The notes below the pieces were generated by a model, which had not been told where the DNA came from, searched no databases, and was given only the letters and a program-made list of their open reading frames with translations. A DNA stretch of 63,610 bases, counting the filler, from Octopus bimaculoides (lineage: Eukaryota), in the NCBI RefSeq assembly GCF_001194135.2. It is 6 parts of 6 records of this genome, joined end to end, with 100 filler letters (N's around TTAATTAATTAA, not from the genome) between each part and the next. Parts side by side here need not be neighbours in the genome. Positions count along the whole stretch, not along the records: positions 1 to 5,573 come from NC_068984.1; positions 5,674 to 28,896 come from NC_068982.1; 4 more parts are not named here. One strand, written 5' to 3'. A program made the position numbers and the translations under genes. Positions 1 to 10,814 of the stretch are shown in pieces (the stretch's first letter is position 1; each line of letters opens with the position of its first letter).

Positions 1-1345
1 GGGTGAATGGCAAAGTATGGCTTGGGCGCAATTTGTGATAAGAGACAGACTAACACCAAAAATCAGTTTTAGACCGTGAGCTGGTATTGGCAGGATGATC
101 ATTCACCCACTGACATTCGTTGAGGCTGCATCGAAGAAACCAAAGAAAAACAAAATGAGAATGAAAAAACTCACTCAACACCAGAGCTGAAAACACCTCC
201 GAAAGCGCGGGGAGGGCACGTTGAAAACGGTAGAGGAGTAGAGGCTGAAACCAGGCGTGGTTCCTCCTGGTTATATCTTTAGCCACTGCATTCTATAAAG
301 GAGCTGTTGAGAAAGCGAACCACGAAGCGTGGTTGGAATTTCTCAGCATTCAGGTTGCAAAAATTCAACTCATATTTTTTTGAGATTTGTTTATGCGAGA
401 AACGGGTGGTAAAGATGAGAAGCAGAGAATGTGGTTGAGGTAGAACAGAAGAGAGAAGGGGCTCGAAAGAGAGTTGAGAATCGGAATAACACAGAGGGGA
501 AGGGTTATTTTTAAAACTCCATTACCCAACTGGTACTTATTTTATCGACCTCGAAAGTATGAAAAGCAAAGTCCAGTACAGCGGCATTTGAACTCAAAAC
601 ATAAAGTCGAAAGAAATGCCAGCAACCGTTTTGTCCGGCACAGTAACGATTCTGCCAGTTGGCTGCCTTAGAGGGACGAAATATTAAATCCTCATTTATC
701 GTGAGAGGTGTACCAACAGAGGACGCGCCAATACTTTTACTTATGGTGCACCCAACAATTTGGCAAATATACACTTGTGTTCATGAGAGCATGGAAGAAA
801 AACTACACCTTTGAAGTTCAAGAAAGTCCCTGCATGGAAGGAGTTCTCTAATATGACACTTTCCTTCACTAAACCAAGCTTGCACCTCCTACTGTTGTTG
901 AGGTAAGGTCTGCTCTTTCTAGCGTTCCCTGGTCAATATCGTATTGAGCTGTGGCTTTATTTTCAATATCCATTTGGGTCTTGGCAATGTTCTCCTGGAT
1001 ATTAAGCAGATCATCTCCACTGGCGAAGGTGATCAGTTACTATTAAGTTATATCAAAATTTAACTGAGACGTATTATGTTAAAATGTTCTTCACATTACA
1101 TAGAAATGCGTGTATTTTATAACAAACTTCAAATGAACTTTATTACGTCCATTCTTTGTGTATGACAAGACAGGCGGAAGGCGTCACCATACATTTTATA
1201 ACAGCTTTTCTGGTGAGCGCCGTCATATGTTCTCCCTTAAGTCGTGTGCGAATCATTGTTAAAAATCAATTGAAATGGGTCGGTTAAATTAGTGAATGAT
1301 ATACAAACATACATATATACATACACATTTACACACATAGCAGTA

Positions 1346-2110
1346 GTAGGCAGTGGCTCCCATGGCTTCTGATCTTAACTAATTGGAGGTGTTATCATGT
1401 ACATTGTCTTGGTATAAAAGATGGGCTGCATCAAGTATTCTGCTCAATACCACAGATTTGCTTGTCAGTTGTTTGACCTTAACCGCTTGAGCATGTTCCT
1501 TAGTGGTTGACGATATGTGCATCTCTGATCACGAGCAAAAGTAATGGGGANNNNNNNNNNNNNNNNNNNNNNNNNNNNNNNNNNNNNNNNNNNNNNNNNN
1601 NNNNNNNNNNNNNNNNNNNNNNNNNNNNNNNNNNNNNNNNNNNNNNNNNNNNNNNNNNNNNNNNNNNNNNNNNNNNNNNNTCAAGTATTCTGCTCAATAC
1701 CACAGATTTGCTTGTCAGTTGTTTGACCTTAACCGCTTGAGCATGTTCCTTAGTGGTTGACGATATGTGCATCTCTGATCACGAGCAAAAGTAATGGGGA
1801 AGCATGATAGCCATGTGTTGAGAGGAATCCTATGGTATCTGGATAATTCACGTCTGAAAACATGGGTGTTTCGTTCAACATCCATAAACAAACCTTATTC
1901 AGAGACCTTTTCAACGGGATGGGCTACTCGACCTGACGAAAGTTCTTACTGGGCGCCATCTGAAAGGTCATGCGCTCTTTTTCTTGATATGAGATCACTA
2001 TATCGCGTACATATGGTTGTAGTGCAGAGGGGTAGTCATGATGTGTGTACTGGGCTTCGTATATTTAACCCCAGTGTCACTTTGATGGCATGAACTGGTC
2101 TCTCATTCAA
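1346..2110 (+). mobile_element. Non-coding retroposon (SINE or LINE 3' region), family 'A', interrupted by an assembly gap
   Basis: The same sequence recurs in reverse at ~5021-5365 and ~57761-58190; those copies have (AAT/TTA)n beyond the 3' end. No credible ORF. Confidence 0.7.
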
Positions 2111-2264
2111 GTGTGTATGTATGTATGTGAAACATCAGTTATACAGTGAATTACTGTAGTATAAGACATGTATGACTGTGCAGTAATACTAAGAGTGTCG
2201 AAGATATAACCTTGCCAAGCTTCTATCCTTTCCTGACATATGTTGGTGTTGTTGTTGTTGTTTG

Positions 2265-2558
2265 TTCCTTCTCGAGACATGCCTGGCTCATAAGGGCCGG
2301 TTTACCGGTTTCATTGTCGTATAGATTCCCCATCTAGACAGGATGCTGGTCCGTCACAGGTGAGCTGCTAGATGCAGGAGGAAAGAGTGAGAGAAAGTTG
2401 TGGTGAAAGAGTCAGCAGAAGTTCGCCATTATCTTCTGCTGAAGTCGTGTGGAGTTTAGGTGTTTCGTTCATAAACACACACATCGCCCGGTCTGAGATT
2501 CGAAACCGCGATCCTTCAGCCGTGAGTCTGCTGCATTAACCACTAGACCATGTGCCTC
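2265..2558 (-). mobile_element. tRNA-headed SINE, family 'B'
   Basis: Minus strand begins GAGGCACATGGTCTAGTGG (A-box-like) ... GTTTCGAATCTCAG (B-box-like) and ends in an (AAC)n tail. Homologous to 24958-25263 and 31005-31175. Confidence 0.8.
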
Positions 2559-2624
2559 CACTTCCACACATATACTTACCTTTAATTAACTTAAATTTAA
2601 TTACCTTTACCATTATTTACTTTT

Positions 2625-2751
2625 CGACGATGCCGGTCAGCAGACTGATGCCTGAGGGTCTCATCAAACGGATTCTAGCGGCGGAACCCCGAACTACAAC
2701 GGACTTGTCCCACAGAGAACGTATCTGGTTACTTTTGGGTACACCGTCATA
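2625..2751 (-). mobile_element. 5' fragment of a mariner element (same family as 3811-4717)
   Basis: Reverse complement reads TA-TGACGGTGTACCCAAAAGTAACC...CGTTCTCTGTGGGACAAG...ACCCTCAGGCATCAGTCTGCTG, matching 3811-3915. Confidence 0.85.
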
Positions 2752-3810
2752 ACATAACGTTACAGTCATTCTCATGTTCCAAAAAGAATAACAAAAGATT
2801 CAAGAATGCCAGATATTTGGAGAATCAGCAGAAATTAAATTGTGTAGAGTTTTAAATTACAGTCTAAACTTTTTGACCACATTTTGTATTCACTAATGAA
2901 ATTTCTACTGCATATGATCATCAGACAAATAGATTTATCGACAACTGCTTGTTTATAAAATCCTTCGATTATAACATTCATTAATATTATTTCATTTTTC
3001 CTTTGAGCTCTAAATTTTGTTTTCATAAAAGGATTGGTTAACTTTCGTTTGACTTCAATTATTTCATCACTGACTCATTGATTTTACGTTATTAGTTTCA
3101 TTGTTAGAAACACCGAGAAGCACTTGATATAGATTGTGTTGTTAATTATACGATGGAAAATATACAATTCAAATTCATCTCATTGTTTAATTTAGATGTT
3201 TAATTAACTAGATTATCCACATACATACTTACCCACTCAACTCACACACACACACATACACATTGATACGGAATGAGTAAATACCTAATCATTTTACATG
3301 AAAATGCATCGTTAGCCAACATAGGAATGCTTGTCAAAATGAAATCATCCGTATACCTATATATTCGACTGTAAATTAAATATCTTCACATATTTCTATA
3401 TTCTAAATGGGTTTAAGTTTTAGTGGTGGTGGGGTCGGTCAGGCAAATACTAACAGAAATTTCATATATGTTAATAAATAATGCTCTGCTGCTAATCCTG
3501 AAGAGTTGTTTTATCAAACTCTGCTGTTTAAATATTTAATGAATATTAAGGATCGTAAAATTCCCGGCAGAATTCAATAGTTGGTAATTTCAGTTAGAGG
3601 CATCGAGCCAAAAATGTGTACATTCTAATCAATCGACGAGAACACGTTCTGGGTAGTTTTATATTGATCTCAGAGGGATTTTAAAAAAACAAAAAAAGAA
3701 CGCATTGATGGTTTCGGTGGGATATATACTCACTCATACTATACAGACACAAAATTTATATATACGCACACACACACATATATCGACATATATATACATA
3801 CATACATACA

Positions 3811-4717
3811 TACCAAAAAGTAACGGAAAACGTTCTCTGTGGGACAAGCACGTTGTAGCTCGGCCTTCCGCCGCTAATGAGTCACTTGATACGACCCTCA
3901 GGCATCAGTCTGCTGGCTGGCGTTTTCCAGTGGTATCGCACTGCCATGTGGTGCGTGTTTTTTTTTTTTTTTGCAGAGCTTCTCAGCTGTTAGTCGATTT
4001 TGGTGATGACTGAAAATAAGGGACAGCGTGCTTCCGTGAAATTCTGTTTTCTCCTGGTGAAAATGACAGCCGAAACAGTTGTCTGCTTCAAAGAGCTTAC
4101 AAGGAAGATGCCATGATCAAATCACAAGTTTACGATTCGTTTTCATGCTTTCTGAATGCTCACAAGTCACTTGAAGACCAACCTCGTTCACGGCGTCCGT
4201 CGACCTCCCGAACGAATTGGAACATCAGAAAAATTCATGAACTGATCTTGGAGGCCCGTCACCGGATAATTGATGAACTTGTTGATATGACTGGCGTGTC
4301 CTGGAGCTCCTAGCAACGAATTTTAAGCGAAGAATTGCGAATGAAAAGAATTGCAGCAAAATTTGTGACTTGCTTGCTCACGGAAGATCAAAAGCAGTCA
4401 CAAGTGAATGCGTGTTGTGAACTGAAAGAACAACAACTGGAAGTTGATCCGGACTTTTTCGAAGGTCATCACTGGTGGCGAATCCGGTGCTACAGAATTT
4501 GTAGATGTGGAACAAGTGAAGAAAAAACGACGGAAGCGTTAAAAAGGCATCACTTTACAAGACTTCCAGCACTGATTCGAACTGTGGAAAACGCGTTTGG
4601 AACCGATGCACTGCTTTAAATGGAGAAAACTTTGAAAGCGATAAAAGTGTAAACACGTGAAACTAAGTGATTAAAATAATATTGCAAAATTCCGGTTTCT
4701 TTTGGGTACCCTCGAAT
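3811..4717 (+). mobile_element. Mariner (Tc1/mariner) transposon, internally deleted and pseudogenised
   Basis: ATG at 4006 gives MTENKGQRASVKFCFLL..., then KSQVY..F..., EDQPRSRRPSTS, MKRIAAKFV. The ITGDESW-like motif at ~4468 is joined directly to C-terminal DVEQVKKKTTEAL. Right TIR at 4689-4714 (ATTCCGGTTTCTTTTGGGTACCCTCG); left TIR degraded at 3811-3829. Confidence 0.9.
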
Positions 4718-5020
4718 ACTTGTATACATTCATATATTTATACATACTTTCGTATATATGTATGTGAGTTTCCTTCAAAAGTTTACCTGAGGCAAAATAT
4801 TACAACTAATTCAAGGTATATACACACCGTTATTTCAATCTAAGACTTTTTCAATGTATGTAGACATATATGTACATGCATGCTCGCATCAACACACGCA
4901 CACGCACAATATATATGTATGCGTTGGTTTTGTGCCAATAGTAGAAAAGTTCGTTGTTATTATGATTATTCAGTAGTCGTATGTTTATCACGTGCTTTCA
5001 CTGCACTACCAAGCGATTGT

Positions 5021-5365
5021 TGAGTAAGAGAGCAGTGCATGACATCATCAAAGTGAGACTGGAGTAAAATATACGAAGTCCAGTATACCCATCATGACTA
5101 GCCTTCTGATAAGGGTACACCAGAACTGATGCATCACAACCATATGTGCGCGACATGGTGATCCCATATGAAGATATACAGTGTATAAGCTTTCAGGTGG
5201 GACCCAATTGGAATTTTCCTCACGTTGAGTAGTCCATCTCGCTGAAAAGGTCCCTGAAAAAGGGATGTTTATGTATGTTGAACGAAACACCCATGTTTCC
5301 AGAGGTGAATTATCCAAACCCCCAAAGAATTGCTCTCAACACATATCTATGATGCTCTTCCATTC
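5021..5365 (-). mobile_element. Retroposon family 'A' copy
   Basis: Reverse-complement match to ~1790-2110. Confidence 0.75.
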
Positions 5366-5409
5366 TTTAATATGTTGGCTTGGTAGTTCCTCGCAGTTAG
5401 GCATTGATC

Positions 5410-5410
<1 letters not shown>

Positions 5411-5496
<86 letters not shown>

Positions 5497-5513
5497 CATT
5501 ATTATTATTATTA

Positions 5514-5545
<32 letters not shown>
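5411..5545. repeat. (ATT)n microsatellite with ATC interruptions
   Basis: Read directly; source of the poly-Leu pseudo-ORF 5265-5621. Confidence 0.97.
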
Positions 5546-5548
<3 letters not shown>

Positions 5549-5573
5549 TAGTTTTATTTTTATAACGTACTTT

Positions 5574-5673
5574 NNNNNNNNNNNNNNNNNNNNNNNNNNN
5601 NNNNNNNNNNNNNNNNNTTAATTAATTAANNNNNNNNNNNNNNNNNNNNNNNNNNNNNNNNNNNNNNNNNNNN
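5574..5673. other. Artificial 100-bp scaffold spacer (44 N + TTAATTAATTAA + 44 N)
   Basis: The same TTAATTAATTAA core lies inside N runs at 5618, 28941, 33785, 57231 and 62132. Confidence 0.95.
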
Positions 5674-5683
5674 AGTTAGGATA

Positions 5684-6415
5684 ATGAACAACATCTCCCC
5701 ACTATGCGAACCCTATGAAACGAAAAAACATATACAGAACTACATGCACCGCATGCAGTTCTCTGGATATGATCAGAAAGATAGGGTTCGAGTATACAGG
5801 GGAGCTAGAAAGAGGTTAGATAAGATTATAAGTAATGATACCAGTGGTACCTGCCCTAGATATAGAAACAAAGAATGGAATAGGATACAAAGAATTTGTG
5901 ACAAAGCCAACAAGGCGAACACGTGGTATAAAACCAACAGATATCAAGGAGTGATGTTTGTAGAGGCCACAGCCCATGGAGAACTAGCGCGTAGGTTTAG
6001 AAAAGCTCTGAAGGAGTCCAAACTCAACATTAAGATTCTTGAAACGCCAGGGAACTCCATCAGATCACAACTATGCAGGACGTACCCCTTTGAGAATACC
6101 ATATGTACTAATGATAACTGCATGGTATGTAGGATTAGCCCTGGCATTAACTGCAGAAATAGAAATGTAGTTTACAGCATAAAATGCATGGAAGGTGCTT
6201 GTAAAGACCTGAATATGACATATATAGGTGAAACATCTAGGAGTATTGCGGAACGGCTAAACGGACATATGAGACAATATGACGACAAAAAACAGTCGTC
6301 CATACTCTACCAACATGCCAAAGACCAGCACGGAGGCAACTTGGGTCAACTTGACATCCGCACCTTATCCAAGCACCTAAAAGACCTAACTCTAAGACAA
6401 ATACGGGAGTACGTC
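5684..6415 (+). mobile_element. Penelope-like retroelement C-terminal fragment: RT thumb, Cys-rich linker and GIY-YIG endonuclease (Naiad/Neptune-type linker)
   Basis: 249-aa ORF with VMFVEATAHGELARRF, PFENTICTNDNCMVC (CxxxxCxxC), NCRNRNVVYSIKC..C...YIGETSRSIAERLNGH and SILYQHAKDQH. Its 5' end lies in a gap and the 3' end runs into CA-rich sequence before the usual terminus. Confidence 0.88.
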
Positions 6416-6854
6416 CATACATACGTCAAATAGATGCGCATATATATGCAACCATGCATGTACACGTATAGAAATCCACACACACGCACGCGCGCACACA
6501 CACACTCATACACGTGCCCATGCACATACGCGCAGTTATATTCAAATATACACACGCACACACAGACACACACATACACACGTGCACGTAATCATACGCG
6601 CACAGTTATATTCAAATGCACGTCTAAAAAACACATGCTTACACTCGCGTACTCGCACACACGCACATACGCGCGCGCGCACAAAAATTTCATATACACG
6701 TTTATATACGCACATGCACAAGAAAAATGCAGGGTGGAAGTTAAAATACAAGAAAAAAGGTGTAAAAATATATAAGGCAATAGAAATATAAAAATATATC
6801 TCTATAAGAGATATGTAAAAAAAATATGTAAAAATATATAAGAAATATATTCCC

Positions 6855-7005
6855 CTTAACTTAGCGGTTCGGCAAGGGAGACCGATAGAATAAGTACTAG
6901 GCTTACAAAGAATAAGTCCTGGGGGTCGATTTGCTCGACTAAAGGCGGTGCTCCAGCATAGCCGCAGTCAAATGACTGAAACAAGTAAAAGAGTAAGAGA
7001 GAAAG
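6855..7005 (+). mobile_element. 3' half of SINE family 'C'
   Basis: TAACTTAGCGGTTCGGCAA...GGGGTCGATTTGCTCGACTAAAGGCGGTGCTCCAGCAT..CCGCAGTCAAATGACTGAAACAAGTAAAAGAG, matching 19438-19575. Confidence 0.85.
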
Positions 7006-7054
7006 TATAGAGAAATAAAAAGCTTGTACGTGGACACAATATAAAAAGCAAGTT

Positions 7055-7545
7055 CTATCTCCCCCGAAGTGACCTTTAATATAGGCAAGTATTTCTTAGC
7101 ACTGATAGATAGACCTTTTCCAATCAACCATAGTTACAGAAAGCTCTTCAATAGATATAACTTAAAAATCAGTTTCAGCTCAACTACTAATTTTAAAAAT
7201 ATAATCTCACACAAAACGAAAAAACCACAAAATGAAACCAGCTGTTCATGCAGGGATAAAAATCTAAATGGAGCTTGCATGTCCGAGACAATCATTTATG
7301 AAGCCACCGTAGACTCTACAACCACTAATGGTACGGTTTCGACAAAGAAATATGTGGGCCTTACAGAGAGGAATTTCAAGGCCAGGTTCAATAATCACAC
7401 CTTGAACTTCAGGCACTGAGATAAAAGGGAAACGACCAAATTGTCCAGTCACATATGGTCCTTAAAAGATAAAGGTGTCAGTAACAACATCCATTGGAAG
7501 ATCTTAGCCAAGTGTAACTTGTATAGAAAATCGTCAGGGTGTACA
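7055..7545 (+). mobile_element. Second-lineage Penelope-like GIY-YIG fragment
   Basis: TFNIGKYFLALID..F..NH.YRKLFNRYNLKISFS, CSCRDK..GAC, IIYEATV...KYVGLTERNFKARFNNH; after one stop, TTKLSSHIWSLKDKG...IHWKIL. Confidence 0.85.
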
Positions 7546-7548
7546 AAG

Positions 7549-7948
7549 GACAATAAGGTTCACATTAGGATACGTTTGGAATATTCCGAATGTATAGATA
7601 CGTTTATTATGTGTGCGTGTATCACATACATACCTACATACATACATACATACATACATACATACATCTAGACATAAAAACGTATCCTTAAAACAAACAT
7701 ACAAATCTGCGCATACACTAACACCAAATACTGCACACACACACACATATGCACAAATACCTAGATGATGTTGATAAAAGTTCCAATGAAGGAGCCTTGA
7801 ATCTATGTTAGAGTCCGGCTCTTTCTCTATGGACAAGAAATACAGAAATGAAACTAATTGATAACATACATACATACATACATACATACATAAACATGTC
7901 TATATAGTCTGAGTATTCCAAACGTGTCCTAATATAATCCTTATTGTC
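7549..7948. mobile_element. MITE-like element with 59-bp inverted arms enclosing (CATA)n and an R4 3' UTR
   Basis: 7549-7607 versus the reverse complement of 7890-7948: 10 mismatches in 59 by manual comparison. No clear TSD. Confidence 0.6.
7666..7864 (+). mobile_element. R4/Dong LINE 3' UTR fragment (subfamily A)
   Basis: Matches 9380-9572 (CTAGA...CATACAAATCTG...AAATACC...GTTCCAATGAAGGAGCCTTG...TCTTTCTCTAT.G.CAAGAAAT). Flanked by (CATA)n on both sides. Confidence 0.75.
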
Positions 7949-8639
7949 TTGATGACGGGTTACTATCCAGAAACCCGTCATCAGTGTGTGATAATCACGA
8001 GCTAGTGATGAAAACTCATTCCACACGCAAAATACTATATGCTTTTCCCAATGACAAACTGAAACCGAATAAAAATTCTAATAAATTTATACAATATTTT
8101 GGCACAAGTAAGACATGATAAATATTTGTTAAATAAATAACACTTTTGATACATAAATATAATTTTTAACTTCTCAAACGTGTATACAATTTTTAGTTTC
8201 CTAAACGCGCGCTCGCGCACACACACACACATTGTATAAATCACATTTTTCTAGTGACCACTGGCTTTTATGTTGATATGTAGTGACTTTGAGCAGATGA
8301 CTTTTCAGTCTCACCTTGCCATGTGTGTTGTTTTAAAATATCCGAGATTAGAGGTCTGAGAGCCATTTTTGGTTATTCAGGTAGAAATAAAAATATTGCC
8401 AGTATCTAGCTCTCGGTTTGCTGTCATCAGCAGTCACAAAAGACACAATAAGCCATTTCTTTTATTTTAGTCACTAGGGTTCGCTCTTACTTGCAGATTC
8501 TACCTACGTACGTTATCTGTATCTCTAACTTTCATAACTGTCAATTATCTGCTCGCAGGCGGCTTTGATTTCACAAAGAAAAAAATGTCTGAATATTTTC
8601 TGCAAACCTTATCCAAATGACGAAAATATATATCTTTTA

Positions 8640-8840
8640 CCTTTTTACTTTCATCTGTTTCAGTCATTAAAGTGCGACCATGCTGGGGTACCGCCTTATA
8701 GAACTTTCAGTCGAATGAATCGATTCCGGTACTTATTTTTTTAAAGCCTAGTACTTATTCTAACGGTCTGACCAGTCGACCCTGGCGGCGTTTGAACTCA
8801 GAACGGCGTGCTAACGATTCTGTCAGCTCACCGCCTTTAA
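8640..8840 (-). mobile_element. SINE fragments: family C 3' half plus family D head
   Basis: TTTCAGTCATTAAAGTGCGACCATGCTGGGGTACCGCCTT and CTGGCGGCGTTTGAACTCAGAAC...GCTAACGATTCTGTCAGCTCACCGCCTT are reverse complements of the family C and D copies. Confidence 0.7.
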
Positions 8841-8880
8841 CCTCTCTATAATAATAGTTGATGTAAATGTTGGTTTATTG

Positions 8881-9000
8881 CAGTGGTTCCCAAAGTGGGC
8901 GGTACTTCCTCTGGGGGCGGTACTTCCCCTGGGGCGGTGGAAAGACCCAGGGGGCGTTGGAGAAAAGTGGTGCGATAATGGGTGACTAAAGGGGGTGGGT
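8881..9000 (+). mobile_element. hAT-type MITE terminus
   Basis: Begins CAGTGGTTCCCAAAGTGGG, a typical hAT/Charlie TIR start, followed by GC-rich subterminal repeats. The other end was not found. Confidence 0.5.
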
Positions 9001-9051
9001 GATGGATGCATATATATGTGCATACATTACATACATTCATAAATACATACA

Positions 9052-9080
<29 letters not shown>

Positions 9081-9083
<3 letters not shown>

Positions 9084-9572
9084 GCTGCCCAACAGATGTT
9101 AACATAAAGCTGAAGATCAGTTAAAAAGAGAACACCCATGCTGAACTATTAAGAAATCTGCAGTTACTCTATCCAGATTACATGTTCAGGTTTATACCTG
9201 TAATTATTGGGTCCCTGAGATATGTAACATACTACCTAAATACCAATCTTGAGAAATTAGGCTTCTCAAAACCAGAAAGGAGAAAGCTAATTTGAAAACT
9301 ACAGATCCAATCCATCACTGGAACTGTAAAAATCTATAAAACTTTCCAGAAGTTTATCATTTAAATATATATAAGCATGTCTAGATATGTAACTATATGC
9401 ATGAAAATACATTCATAAGACATACAAATCTGTACATACATACATACATACATACATAAAACAAAAATACCCTGTTGTTGATGTTGAGATTCCAGTGAAG
9501 GAACCTTGGATCTAGGTTAGAAACTGGTTCTTTCTCTATTGGCAAGAAATCTTGAAATAAACTGAATAATGG
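9081..9572 (+). mobile_element. 5'-truncated R4/Dong LINE (end of REL endonuclease domain plus 3' UTR), subfamily A
   Basis: Translates SCPTDVNIKLKIS*KENTHAELLRNLQLLYPDY.F.FIPVIIGSL...NLEKLGFSKPERRKLI*KLQIQSITGTVKIYKTFQKF, homologous to 49320-49600. Confidence 0.85.
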
Positions 9573-9999
9573 CATACATACATGAATCAATGTTTGTTTT
9601 TATGATCAGTTATAATAAAAACAATTTTACATTAATCTGATGGGTTACTCTGTACTTTTGTAGAGTACAAATTTATTATTCTTAAACAAGAATGTTGTTC
9701 ACAGTGACTTTGAGGTTTCGGCCAGGTAAGCCATTGCCAGGCAGTCCAACAGGATTTGAAACTAGAACATAGAGAGCCGGACACATATACTGCAAGGCAT
9801 GTTTTCCGATGCTCTAACAATTCTGTCAGCTTTATATTAAACCTTGCTGTCTTAGAGACAAACGAACATATTGCAAATGTACAGTTGTGATACATTATGG
9901 ATTAAAAAAGAATGATGTGATAGTCACAACTGGAACGTCTTTGATCACAAATCTATTTGATCAGGATTAATCTGGGGCTAAACAACAATGATATCTCTC

Positions 10000-10610
10000 T
10001 GCACTATATCAAACTACACTGTGGTACATAGTACCACACTATTATACTCATTTACTATACACTACATACACCACAATACTACAAGACACAACATCACTAT
10101 ATTATACAGCAGACCATTATATATACTACATAGTACACCTCTATACTACAATACATTAAATCACTATACTACATAGTATACCTCTATACTACGATACAAT
10201 AGACCACTGTACTACACAGTATACCTCTATACTACAATACAATAGACACTGTACTGCATAGTATATCTCTATACTACAATACAGTAGACTACTATACTAC
10301 ATAGTATACCATATACTATAATACATTAGACCACTACACTACATAGTACACCTCTACACTACAATACATTAGACCACTATACTACATAGTACACCTCTAT
10401 TTTACACATCAGACTACTGTACAACATAGTGCACTTCTATGCTATTGTACAGTAGACCTCTATACTACTACAATACATTAGGCCATTATACTGCAATGTA
10501 CATACACTACACCACTATACTATGCAGCAGACTATTAAACTATACACTATAACATTATACTACCACTATATAACAATACCTAACATCACTATACTACAAT
10601 ATACGATATT
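10000..10610. repeat. 43-bp minisatellite built from degenerate ACTAY pentamers
   Basis: Unit ACTACATAGTACACCTCTATACTACAATACATTAGACCACTAT starts at 10125, 10168, 10211 and 10253; it decays on both flanks. Confidence 0.9.
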
Positions 10611-10814
10611 GTTATAGTACTCCGCGCTCCTTCATCATTAGAATGTGTTAATGACTGTCAGAGCTCAATATTTCATCTAATTTTATTCCGACTCCATAAA
10701 ACTGTTTGCAACAATAAAGAAAAAAAAAGCATTGAAAAACAAACAAAACAACTAACAATGCATAATACATACATACATGATGCATGCAATACATACATAC
10801 ATACATACATACAT

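Noticed and set aside
1-1030. Short ORFs (50-286, 474-671, 511-774) and a GAG|GTAAGG donor near 902
   Set aside because: No recognisable motif in any frame and stops throughout. It may be a decayed LINE, but I cannot support a call.
1431-1800. Exact 120-bp direct repeat on both sides of an N gap
   Set aside because: Identical sequence flanking a gap is the signature of unmerged overlapping contigs, not a biological duplication.
5265-5621. Homopolymeric ORFs (poly-L, -T, -V, -Q, -N, -I, -S, -H, CV and HT repeats) here and throughout
   Set aside because: They are translations of microsatellites or N runs.
5618-5629. TTAATTAATTAA recurring five times at wide spacing
   Set aside because: Always centred in a 100-bp N spacer; it is an artificial all-frame-stop linker.
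8400-8432. CTGATGA on the minus strand followed by an AGC/GCT stem
   Set aside because: No GAAA core or stem I, and no PLE context. Similar isolated CTGATGA hits at ~27217, 46103, 52754, 56605 and 58912 also fail.
10125-10440. Regularly spaced ~43-bp repeats resembling a CRISPR array
   Set aside because: Units are contiguous degenerate tandem copies without unique spacers, there are no cas genes, and the context is eukaryotic.
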